Source: Klebsormidium nitens (taxonomy: Eukaryota > Plantae > Klebsormidiophyceae). Taken from it: 64,000 bases of DNA. The stretch spans positions 186,001 to 250,000 of the forward strand of contig DF237012.1 of assembly GCA_000708835.1 (NCBI GenBank), in the 5' to 3' direction. Under the pieces are notes generated by a model. That model worked only from the letters and a program-made list of their open reading frames with translations, was not told the DNA's origin and searched no databases. How positions within the stretch are numbered: the stretch's first letter is position 1; each line of letters opens with the position of its first letter. The position numbers were made by a program, and so were the translations under genes. Shown here one piece after another: positions 37,601 to 48,401 of the stretch.

Positions 37601-40600
37601 GTTAGACTTACGGCCCCTGTCGGGAAGAAATCACGTGAGGGTACTCCCGGCTCCTTCGTTATCTTGTCCCGCATATTCGGGGGCCATTGCGGTGTCCTTC
37701 AGCTTTGGCTCCCCCTCGCTTTCTTCCCCGCTTCTCCCGTCCGCTCCTCCCTGGACAAGACCACCGGTCGATGCCCCCGGCTCCTGGAAGCTGGGTACCT
37801 TTGACTTTTCCCCTGGCGGCTCCTTCCCGACCTCATGCGTCCTCTCAAGTCCTCCCGGCAAACCCTCTGGAGGTCCTTCAGGGCCTTCTTCTGCGAAGTT
37901 ACACTCTAGTCCTTCTCCGCCTGTTTCGCCAACCGGCCTCGCCACAGTGACCCCGCCGCCCACCAACGAGCTGACGAGCGGCGGCGCGGCCGCGGCTGAC
38001 GTCATCTTCGCGGCCTCCTCCTCCTGGTGCAGCCGTTCGGCCTCCTCCCACCCCCATTGCGTCAGGCTGACGTCAGCAGGGACGTCCTTTCCCTCGGGAT
38101 CGGCCTTGGTGTGAATGATGAAGAACAGGGGGTGCTGGCGCGCTCTCACGGACGGCCTAGGATGTTTCCCCCACACGGTTAGGCCACTGGAGCGCAGTCT
38201 CTGCCCAGCAGCGGAGAGAGGAACGGGGGCCCTGTTGGGGCCTCCCTGCGCATGCACGGCCCGCAAGAGGGCGTTCATCACGGCGCGCTCCTCTTGGAAC
38301 AGGGCCTGCCGGGAAAACGGCGGATACTTCTGCCGAGGCTTGGAATCCGCTGCTTCTGTTAAAGATTGCGGAGCGGAACTCGGGACCTCGTCTTCGCGGG
38401 AGGGCTCTGAATCGCTGCTTTTGGCCGGGTCCGTTCCGTCGGGAGACGGCTCCGGTGCAAAGGTCGCCGGTAGATTGCTCAGGGAAAGAACAGAGGTTGG
38501 GGGAACGATCTGGGCGCCTGCTGCGACTGCTTCTCTCCCTGCACGGTCGCCCTTTCCCCCACTCCCCGCTGGCACACTGTTCCGTTCCACTTCTGTTGCG
38601 ACTGCGGCGGGCGCAACAGATTTATCCAGCTCTCCCGTCCCTTCCGCTGCGGCCGGTTCGTCAGTGGCGCGCGCTCCCACGCCCGCGCCCGAGTCCGCAG
38701 CTTTTGAGCGCTTCTTCGGATGTGGCTCCTCACCCCACAGCTCCGCTGCTGTCCTCTTGATACGTGTTGGACGCTCATTCGCCCCCGGCCTGGCTCCCAA
38801 AACCCCCAGCCCGGCTTGGAGCGCCTCTTGAGCGCTCTTGTAAAAGTCTATCAGCGTTTCTTGGGGGGTCACCAGCACCCCTTCAGACCTGCCCCCCCCC
38901 AAGGACTCTTTCAGGCCGAAGGGTTCGGAGAAAGGGGAAGTGTTTGGCGGGTAGTCGCAGACGAAAGGCGGGCTTGATGCGACTGCGGGAGTAAAGACTG
39001 TTGTTTGCGGCGCAGGGGCACTGGGCGTTGCTGTCTCTGATGCAGTCACTAGCCATCTGCAGAAAGGGAACGTAGATGAGGAAGGTGAGGCAAATCAAAG
39101 AGGAAGGTCACCGGTTGCAAGCAACGGCCCTGATGCGAACGCGACTCGAATTTACACGTAAGTGCTACAATCGCTGCGAAGCGAGTACGAGAGACAATCT
39201 AAACGGAGGGGACTGTAAGCGAGCAAGATCGTTCGGCCCCTTCACAAAGATGCTAGAGGTCCGTTCAAGCAGACACAGCGACTTTACGGCTTTGCGAGTA
39301 GAACTGTCGGAAAGCTCGTTGTTACTTCTCAGGGACTAAAAAAAAATCCAGCTTCGTAACGGACCTGTTCCCGGAAGGACTCCACCTCTCTGTAGCAGAA
39401 TCCACCTGCCCACAGCCTCCTCCTGTTCCGCCACGTGTCAACCCGCCGTTTCCTGGGGCACCCTTGTCCCGGTCCCCTGCCCCCTCGACTGAAAGCGTCT
39501 GCGAAGGAACGGCCGTCGTTCCGAAAGCCGAGGTCTTGCTCACTTGAGGAGAGCCAAGCTGCCCCCAGGATACAGCTGGGAAGCTCTTCTTCGGACCCAG
39601 GGGCGCGTCTACCGGGTTACTCGGGGGGAGGTTTGGTACCGGGGCGCTGACGAAGGGCGATTGCACGGGAGTATTCGTTGGGAACGGAGGGGCTGCGGGC
39701 GCGCTCTGGACTCGTTGGTTGGCCAGTGTGCTGCAGAGTATCCGGAAGACATAAGCGAAAGGCCAACAGCGGCCTAGCAAAATTCTTATCATGAAGCAGA
39801 AGAAAAGCTGTAAATATCGTTCAGGTTCTGAAGATTGAATCCCTCTTTAAGAGAACGAGGTGATCCTCATTGCAGTACAGATGTAAGCCGTTACGAGTCT
39901 TTGAAGATTAAACGTATCAAGCGAACCATGACAGCTGCCAGAAACCCTGATTCATAGAGTTCTTCTTTAGTTGGTAAAGGGTTCGGACGCTGCCGGAGCG
40001 ACTTGCTGCAGATTATGACAGTCCTGGCCCCCCCTCGGTTCCCAATGTTGGTGGTCACAAAATCCTGAAAGGCTAAATGAGAAACAGACAACCATCGAAC
40101 GGCTTACATTTTGTAACCATTGGAGACCTATCCTGCTTCAGATTTCCAGTCTTCTAAACGTGCAGGTTGTAGGATGTGACACGGACGTGGTCCAGAGCAA
40201 GCCCTACCTCAGAGTTGTCATACTTCAAAGTCAAAANNNNNNNNNNNNNNNNNNNNNNNNNNNNNNNNNNNNNNNNNNNNNNNNNNNNNNNNNNNNNNNN
40301 NNNNNNNNNNNNNNNNNNNNNNNNNNNNNNNNNNNNNNNNNNNNNNNNNNNNNNNNNNNNNNNNNNNNNNNNNNNNNNNNNNNNNNNNNNNNNNNNNNNN
40401 NNNNNNNNNNNNNNNNNNNNNNNNNNNNNNNNNNNNNNNNNNNNNNNNNNNNNNNNNNNNNNNNNNNNNNNNNNNNNNNNNNNNNNNNNNNNNNNNNNNN
40501 NNNNNNNNNAGGGGTAGACGGGTGACTTGGCTCTCCCCTCACCCCGCCGGGGCGCCTTGAATGCGCATTCCCTTTGAGCACCGGGACTGCCCGACAGAAG

Positions 40601-41958
40601 CCCATGAGCGGAGATGCCCTGCGGATCAATACCGCGCGCCGGTGCGGATATTCTTTCGTCGAGCCTCCTCTGATGTGCTTGCGCTCCAAAGATCCCGTTT
40701 AGCACATCTTCATACCAGGCTTCGTTCGAGCCCAGCAATTCGCCCAACCAGGGCCGTAAGATCTGCCCCTGTTCGTCTTTCCGGACTGTCAAAAGCACCG
40801 CCAGGAAAGCCGCCTGCATTGCATCAGAGTGCGGGTAGGGGAAGTTTTCTAGGGTAGAGCGCATACTTTTGGGGGACCCATAACCTGAGAAGCTGCGCCC
40901 GGGTGTCTGCTCCGACCACCAGATCTCTACCGGCGATTGCCCTCATGACTGGGAGAAAGAGTTGCTCTGCGACGTACCGGTGGAAGATGTGCCACTTATA
41001 GAGGTCTTGGCCAAGCGTAGAAGGAAGTGACGCTGTTAGACAAAGCACGTCAAGCATGAAGTCGGCTTCCCCAGCTGGGCAACGCAAGGAAAAGATCCAG
41101 GATAGGCTGCTCNNNNNNNNNNNNNNNNNNNNACAGCTTGTCAACCAAGCTCGACGGCTTAATCTCATTCAGGACTGCAAAGAGGGCTTGCTCTTGACTC
41201 TGAGACCAGGGGATGCTCTTTAGAAAACGCACCGCAGAAGAGAAGACTGAGTTAAGCTCTAGCCGTTGAGCAGGTTTGAGGCATTGGAGGGCTTCCTCAA
41301 AACTTGAGAAGCTATGAACCGGGGACTTTTGGACATTCCCTGGAGCCTTATGGTACAGCTTTTGGAGTGCCATGGAACAATCCTGGGGGCTCCCACAATC
41401 CCCAAGCTGTTCATCCAAGATGTAAGATGATCTTCCACTTGTGTCATCCAACCATGCACGCCCCGACTTCTTGTCACTTTTGGCTAGCATTCTCGCAAAC
41501 CAGGGGCTGCTGGTGGAAAGAAGGTCCTGGTGAAGATGAAGCTCTAGCGGCCTGCTCCTAGTGGCATTGGCTCCGCCAATTTGCTGTGCCTGATTCTGCA
41601 AAGTGAGGACGATGTCGCTGCTTGAAGGATCGTTGAAGACAGGTTTCCCAATCAAAGCAGCGCTGCTGGCGCATGCTTTTGTCTGCGGCACCAATTGGGA
41701 CGGGCTCTCCATGTCGTTGTCTGCATGCTTCCATGCTTCTTCAAAATCCAAGTGCACCTTCATCTGCAGCCCTGGCATGTAAGATTCAAAGTGGCACCCA
41801 AAGGCGCTCACACCTGGAATTGAACCCGCTTGAGCGCTTTCCAATTTCGGAAAGCTTGGAACTTGATCGAACTTGAAGTAGAAGCTACATGTAGTCTGCA
41901 TGGGACAATTGTGCGATCGAGTCGTATGCATTGCGACCGGCCATGCAGCTAAGTTCAA
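34670..41958 (-). CDS. Large protein: plant-type BTB/POZ domain, long low-complexity region, C-terminal tandem CCCH-like zinc fingers; interrupted by gaps and one apparent frameshift
   Basis: FNDPSSSDIVLTL...LHLHQDLLSTSSPWF and FLKSIPWSQSQEQ (41050-41958); SLSWIFSL and AIAGRDLVVGADTRAQLLRLW (~40880-41110); LLTVRKDEQGQILRPW (~40740-40820). These resemble the At3g50780/At1g63850 BTB family as I recall it. Phase-compatible exons at ~39365-39773, ~37636-39056 and ~35649-37014. The last ORF encodes CAAYAQDPEGCTDLFCEYSH and CLQYF..CHFGERRCFFGH. Linking everything into one gene crosses three gaps; the start codon is uncertain (possibly 41763). Confidence 0.6.
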
Positions 41959-42172
41959 CCTCGAGCAGGCTTTGAAGCCCGCGGCGCCGGGTGTCGCATA
42001 GCAAAACCCTTCGAAAAACCCGGAGTTCGAGGCCGTTAGCGCGGCCGCCGCGCAATATCAGCGGCCGCATGACTCGATCGAAGCGCAAAGCACTTGAACT
42101 CTCCTTCGAAGTTTTAGTCACTATTCGACAGTCAACGCTTCCGTTTGTTCAGCTTCGCTCTCCTTTGACATC

Positions 42173-43161
42173 ATGGCAACGCAAACTGTTCAAGCTTCGC
42201 GTCCAAAGTCAACTCTCCGTGACCTGCTGACAGCAAACGTTCCATTGCCTGCCTGGTTCCAGCACGCCTTTCTTGTCTTGGCGACCTGCCTGGCAGTCTT
42301 GGGGGTTGCCACTACGCCCTGTTTCTGAGCCATTACAAGCAGGTACTGGTGACGTCAGCTAGCAGCAATGCTACCTGTCCTTTTAACGAAGCTGGCGTGA
42401 ATGTCAATGTCAAAATGCCTGAGCTTACGCAAGGTTCTCAGGTGGCTTACTACCCCCCAATCATGACCAGGAACAACAATGGGAAGGGCTCGTGTAACTT
42501 CTCCTGCAGCAGCCCCCACGTTCAGCAGTCAGCTCTAGACTTCTATCTCAGAGGATTCCCAGAGGTTCAGTATGTAACTCTACTGAACATTGTTTCCGCG
42601 GACCCTGTCGAAGAGAACTGCGATGTTGTGTTCAAGTGGACGCACAGAGACGAACTGGGGGCAGCCACAGGAGAAGACTTTCGGAAGTTTGTTTTCCGGG
42701 GGTTGGATGATCCTCACGAGCTTTGTGTCTTTGCGCCCACAGAGATGATGCATCGCTTCTCTGGAAGCGCAGCTGTTCTACATAGCCTGAACCTTTTGAC
42801 AGCTCCCAGGTCGCACGAAGAGACAAAAGTCTTCTTCTGCAAAGACAAGATCGCTGAACGGAACGAACGTGAGATTGGTGCAAGGTGCCAGTTCTTAGGA
42901 ATCTGGCCGTCCTGTCGGTACGTTGATGCGACCTGCCACCTAAGCAATCGAGATTTTGAAATTGAGGAAAGCCTTCCATTCGCCGGCGACAAAGCAGAGG
43001 CGGGAGACATGAGCTTCTTGAGGCGCCTTGCCTTCTGTGATCGAGACCCGGCCCGGGAGTGTTGGGAGAATGTGATCTTTGGGGGCCTGTTTGGCTTTAT
43101 ATTCCTCTTTTACATTGGACCGCTCGGTTTGCTTTCACTGGCAGCAAATAGGAAGCAATAA
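42173..43161 (+). CDS. Intronless membrane protein of unknown function: N- and C-terminal hydrophobic helices around a Cys-rich loop; one apparent frameshift
   Basis: ATG 42173 gives MATQTVQ...FQHAFLVLATCLAVLG. The frame changes near 42301-42312 into ORF 42349-43161, which ends in VIFGGLFGFIFLFYIGPLGLLSLA. It has a clear paralogue at 44668. Confidence 0.6.
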
Positions 43162-44667
43162 CCTTACAGGTCTTCTCTGTTTGATAGGGGCGGCTCTGGA
43201 CGATACTCTGGTTGCAGTGTTGCATGTACTAGTAGGCGTAGTTGTCCCCTGTGATAGCCACGCAGGGTTACGTAACATAACCGCGTCTGGTAGCTAGGAC
43301 TTGGAAGGAACGGTTGGCCTTCACTTATCGGTACGTGCAGGCTGTTGCTGATAAGGTCTTTACCTTAATGAAATGATTTGCAATCAGATAGCAGCTTTGG
43401 AGTGCGATCTGCGCAGCGCGCATGATATACGTCAACAAGGATAGTTATCTCATGCATAATATACATAGTTTGTGATGTAACATGTCCAGATCGCGAAGTT
43501 CAGATCTTCATGCGCGGTGCAGTCCAACGGTATCCCTGGTCGTGCTTCCTTAGTTTGTTGCCAAAACACGCATGCTTGGAGAAGTGCCCAGCGGCTGGAC
43601 GTCTACAACGGATTGAATTGCCAGACGTTGCTGATTGCATGAAAGCGTTTGACCGCGACTATCCGCTTGCGCCAGTTGCTTCTTCTCTCTGGAAATCTTG
43701 CGTCATCTTGACCGTCATCAGAAGCCCCTGATGCGTGCTTAGTGGTAGAACAAACGCAATCCGCAATTTTCTGGTGACACATGCCTGCAGGATTGACAGC
43801 AATCGATCAGCTCATACTGGGCAGACAGATGACAATTGGAACTTCGGAAGAGTGAACGGTTATTTGAATGAGGAACGGGTCAACGCACTCAAAGAGGTAA
43901 TATGTAACGGAGAGAGTTTTCTAGAACGGAGCGGACTGAAAACTACTAGTACACAATCAAGTTTCCTCAACACTTTTCAAAGGTGATCAATTCATAATCC
44001 GAGAGGAGATAAGGAGCTGCTTATTGAATTTGACGACGCGGAAGTGGGCAGCTCGTCTCAATCGAACCGTATCGACCAGGCAACGGAGGAGAATCAAGCG
44101 CAGGGATTTCATAAAGAATCTAGAGGAAAACTTCTAGTGCCAGCCGCGAAAAGAACCCAACGCGAGCTTGCATTCACTTCACTATCAGCACTTCTGCATC
44201 CGCCGTCTAATGTCAGATTGATGTTAGATTGACAAGTGAGTCACGGCCACAGCTTGAAAGGTAGGGGCCACCAGGGGCACATGTAATACCTCAGAAAGCC
44301 CTCGTGTGATCACCAATAGCGTCTTTCCCTAGCCATTGACGTTGGATAGAGTCATTCATAAGGCTTGATAGGCGCGCACATCCGTACAGTAGGGTAGTGC
44401 AGCGCCTCACCGGCTGAGCGCTCGCGGGTTGCGCGCGCCACGTTGTCGACCGCGCGCGCGCGGCCCCGCAAAAGTGTACAGACATTCACAGCCGGCCGGT
44501 GATAAACTAGGCTTAAAACCTTGCGGCCGCCCGGCTCGGCGGCCGCGCTGAGCGGGCCCGGCCAGCCGGAAACGCGCAGTACGTCCATTCCGACCATTCA
44601 GAGTCTCCTGCATATCCGATCGTCGTAAGCGCGTTTGTTCAGCTTTCTCCCGGCTTCCGACGTCAAC

Positions 44668-45600
44668 ATGGCGACGCACCGTCCTGGTTCTCAAGTCTCG
44701 CGTCCAAGCACGAATACTATTCGTGCAGCAGACGCACCCGGCCTGCCTTGCTGCGTCCAGCAGGCATTCTTCGTTCTTGGGACCTGCTTGGTAGTCCTAG
44801 CATTTTTTTAACGCCCTGCACATGAGATCCTACCTACACATGTTGGATACAGCGTTAGCAAGCATTAATGTTACCTGTCCTGTCCAGAACGCTAACGCCA
44901 GTCTTGAGATGCCTGAGCTTACGCCAAATTCTCAGAAAGCTGATGTCATCCCAACGTTGATAAGGTACAACGCAAGAAATAGCTCATGCAACTTTTCCTG
45001 CAGCAGCCCCCAAGTCCAGCAGTCAGCTCTAGACTTTTATCTAAGAGAGTTCCAAGAGGTTCAGTCTGTAAGTATGCTGAAGAGCGTCGCCGGGGACTCT
45101 GTCAAAGAAAGCTGCGATGTTCTGTTCGAGTGGACGCACAGGGACGACCTTGGGGCAGCCTCAGCACAGGACTTCAGGAAGTTTTTCTTCTAGAAGGTTA
45201 CCGATTCTCAGGAGCCCTGTTTTTTTGCGGCCAGAGAAATGAGAGGAGGTGTGCTCATGTCCCGCAGGGCGTTTGCCACTGCTCCTGGACTACCGGGGTC
45301 AAAGCTTCCAGAGAAGGAGACAAAAATCTTTCTCTGCAAAGAGAAGCTTGCAGAACGAAGCGGACGTGACTTAAGCGCAAGGTGCCCGTTCTAGACTGGC
45401 CGTCATGTCAGTATGTTGATGCATTCTGTCCCGTTCCCCCCCATGAACAAGAGGATAGTACTAAGAAAGAGGCGGGCGAAGGAAGCGTCTCGAGGCGCCT
45501 TGACGTTTCTAAGGAGGAGGATGACTCAAAACATTTTATGGTCCTCATTGGAGCATCAGTGGTGATGCTACTCCCTATGGCCTTTCACAGGGAGGATTAG
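44668..45600 (+). pseudogene. Tandem paralogue of the 42173 gene with several disablements
   Basis: Shared blocks include CNFSCSSP.VQQSALDFYLR.F.EVQ, CDV.F.WTHRD.LGAA and ETK.F.CK.K.AER. Lesions: +1 in the T7 run at 44803-44809, an in-frame TAG at 45191-45193, and a frameshift near 45390. Confidence 0.7.
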
Positions 45601-45604
45601 TCGT

Positions 45605-46495
45605 CTCCTCCCGGGGGGGAGAAGAGGGGAANNNNNNNNNNNNNNNNNNNNNNNNNNNNNNNNNNNNNNNNNNNNNNNNNNNNNNNNNNNNNNNNNNNNN
45701 NNNNNNNNNNNNNNNNNNNNNNNNNNNNNNNNNNNNNNNNNNNNNNNNNNNNNNNNNNNNNNNNNNNNNNNNNNNNNNNNNNNNNNNNNNNNNNNNNNNN
45801 NNNNNNNNNNNNNNNNNNNNNNNNNNNNNNNNNNNNNNNNNNNNNNNNNNNNNNNNNNNNNNNNNNNNNNNNNNNNNNNNNNNNNNNNNNNNNNNNNNNN
45901 NNNNNNNNNNNNNNNNNNNNNNNNNNNNNNNNNNNNNNNNNNNNNNNNNNNNNNNNNNNNNNNNNNNNNNNNNNNNNNNNNNNNNNNNNNNNNNNNNNNN
46001 NNNNNNNNNNNNNNNNNNNNNNNNNNNNNNNNNNNNNNNNNNNNNNNNNNNNNNNNNNNNNNNNNNNNNNNNNNNNNNNNNNNNNNNNNNNNNNNNNNNN
46101 NNNNNNNNNNNNNNNNAATTAGACAAGTGTAACATGAACGAGCATTGCAATTTTTAAGCGGATTTGATGCTTCTAACAGGGTCAGAGGACAGTACGAGAT
46201 CCTTATACATCCTTCGATCACTTGTTACTCTTTAGATCAGCTCGAAAGTTGCCTTCGTTTGGAGGACAGGGGGAGATCAGGTGGAGAATACTCTCCCCCT
46301 CTCGAAAAGTGAGGGGGAGAATTCTCCCCCCGTCCTCGACCGGGGGAGACATTCTCCCCCACAGTCGTCAGGTGGGGGAGACTGTTCTCCGCCCCTCATG
46401 TGGGGGAGACTTCTCCCCCACCAGAGGAGAATATAGTCTCCCCCCCCGGGGGGGAGAGAGGGGGGGGAGAAGGGGGGGAGACTGCCAATCCTCCC
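45605..46495. repeat. G/C-rich array of short inverted repeats (GGGGAGA-N2-6-TCTCCCC) beside an assembly gap
   Basis: Examples between 46310 and 46450: gggggagaattctcccccc, gggggagacattctccccc, gggggagactgttctccgccc and gggggagacttctccccc. Similar G/C runs occur at 45605-45631, on the other side of the gap. Confidence 0.7.
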
Positions 46496-47974
46496 TGTGT
46501 TTGTGCTACCCTTTGTTTGGAACAACTTGAAGCAGATCATGCAGCGAGACGGACCTTCTGAACATCACGAAGTCTGTTACAAACCCAGGCCCAATACAGT
46601 AGGCACGTAAACGTCCGCTGAGAAGGCTGATGCTGAATAGCATACTGTAGTCACGTCTGAAGCTGGATTGAGAAATCTGATTTGCACAGGGTAGGTAAAG
46701 ATGAAGCAGGTTGGCCCTCCGTCGCTGACTTACGTGCAAGCTGCTGACTTGAACACGTTATTCAACTAGGCATGGCAGCTTTGAAGTCCCACAACGCGAG
46801 CGAGCAGGGTGTACACCAAGCACCTAATGCATACTATACGTCATGCTCCGTGGTCTTTTCCATGATTTCTGAAAGTTCGCCAAGGGGCAGACAAGCATGA
46901 TATCGTAGTATAAGTCCTGATATGCGGATGTGTGTCATGCAAACGTGAGATTATGCAGAAGTTACTAACGGCCGCGATCGAGAGTTCAACTGGTTGCCCT
47001 GAGCGAGGTTTGTCGCTGATGACTGTCCGCAGCGGCTTATGCCAATGATCGATCATAAGCTTGGCGTCATGCAATACAATTATTCAAGTAGCTGCTGATT
47101 CAGGCGCCTTAAGAAGAGAGCCTACGGGCAGTTCGATTAAGTGAACCCACATGAGCTGCAAAACTAAGAATAGCTCATGGCGGCTGGGGGCCGCGCACCG
47201 GAAAGGTGTGCAAACGATATTAATCCGGCTCCGAGAGCCGTGGATAACACGCGAAGAATTTTCAAATGGTAGAAGGCCATGGCCGAGTCGATCACGCAGT
47301 CCGTCCGACTCGCCTTCTGAATGCTCTTTGGAATCGGCTTCGATCATATGCTGTTCGCCGTCACATGGCATCATATTGAGACGTGATCGGAAAACCTCAC
47401 CCGGGACGGTGGTAAAGGACACAATTAAACACAAGCAAAGCTCAACAAGAGCTCTGCGGTTTTGAAAAACTAGCGAAGGTCTTTTTGAGCTAGTGTGAAA
47501 TGTGACGATCGGTCGCCAAACAATATAAGATATACTCATCTTAGCAAGCTTCAGTCTCGTTCGATTTGCTGCCATAAAGGTCTGCATCTTCAACCACGAA
47601 GCCTACACAAACTTTGCTTTATGTGGCCTCAACCATATCAATACATAGTATACCCGACCTTATCAGATTTGACCTTTAGCTTGGCATTATGTGCTTGTTT
47701 CAAGCTACACTTTCCACCCTCTTGACTGCGCGGCGCGGGATCAATTTAAGAATTTTATAATCTCTCTTCACCTGGGTAATACGCGTTGACATATTGGTTC
47801 TTGGAAATATAAATAACTCTAGCTATATCTCAACCGCAAAGACCGATCATTCATTGTGCCTCTGGCGTGCGTGTAGTTGGTCGCCGCAACTCGCACTTCG
47901 TTAGGATGCTGCCGCATGTGATTCTTTCTTCAATGTTTGAAGCGTTTCGAAGGTGTAAGCACTAACGCAGAGCT

Positions 47975-48236
47975 ATTTCTGTGTCAGGCAAGCTTCGCGT
48001 TGCCCGAATCTGCAGCAGAGGAAGATGGTGCTGGCTTATTTACAAGAACCTTGAGTGCGCTCAAAAGCCATAAGGAGATTCGACTTGCTATGCCCCGGCC
48101 TGGGTTGAGACCGGAACGTCACGAGGTAATTCTGCAACGGGCGGCAGAAGGAATGATCGTCCGCTGTTTGGCGCAAGCACACGACCTGGATATTACTGAA
48201 GTAAACAGAAGGCGAGTCCGACGGCAAAAAAGATGA
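47975..48236 (+). CDS. Possible terminal exon of a hypothetical protein
   Basis: 99-aa ORF with a candidate acceptor ttctgtgtcag| near 47990 and protein-like composition. No motif recognised. Confidence 0.2.
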
Positions 48237-48401
48237 ACAGTTGACAACGTTAACGACGGAGTCAAAACGAAGTCGCAAGACAAAGGAAAACTCTAAGTCC
48301 GTCTTACTGGACCCACGAAGACAATAAGCAGGGTGGAGACAAACGCAGGCGAGTGTCCCACCTACCAGCCGCAGCACGCGGCCGCGCGCGCGCGCGCGCG
48401 C

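Noticed and set aside
36205-38831. Plus-strand ORFs of 209, 179 and 238 aa
   Set aside because: Antisense shadows of GC-rich exons of the BTB/CCCH gene.
46280-46495. CRISPR-like repeat/spacer appearance
   Set aside because: Units are short and variable, the context is eukaryotic, and no cas genes are present.
47084-47593. 169-aa minus-strand ORF
   Set aside because: No motif, no clear splice context and mixed composition; may be chance.
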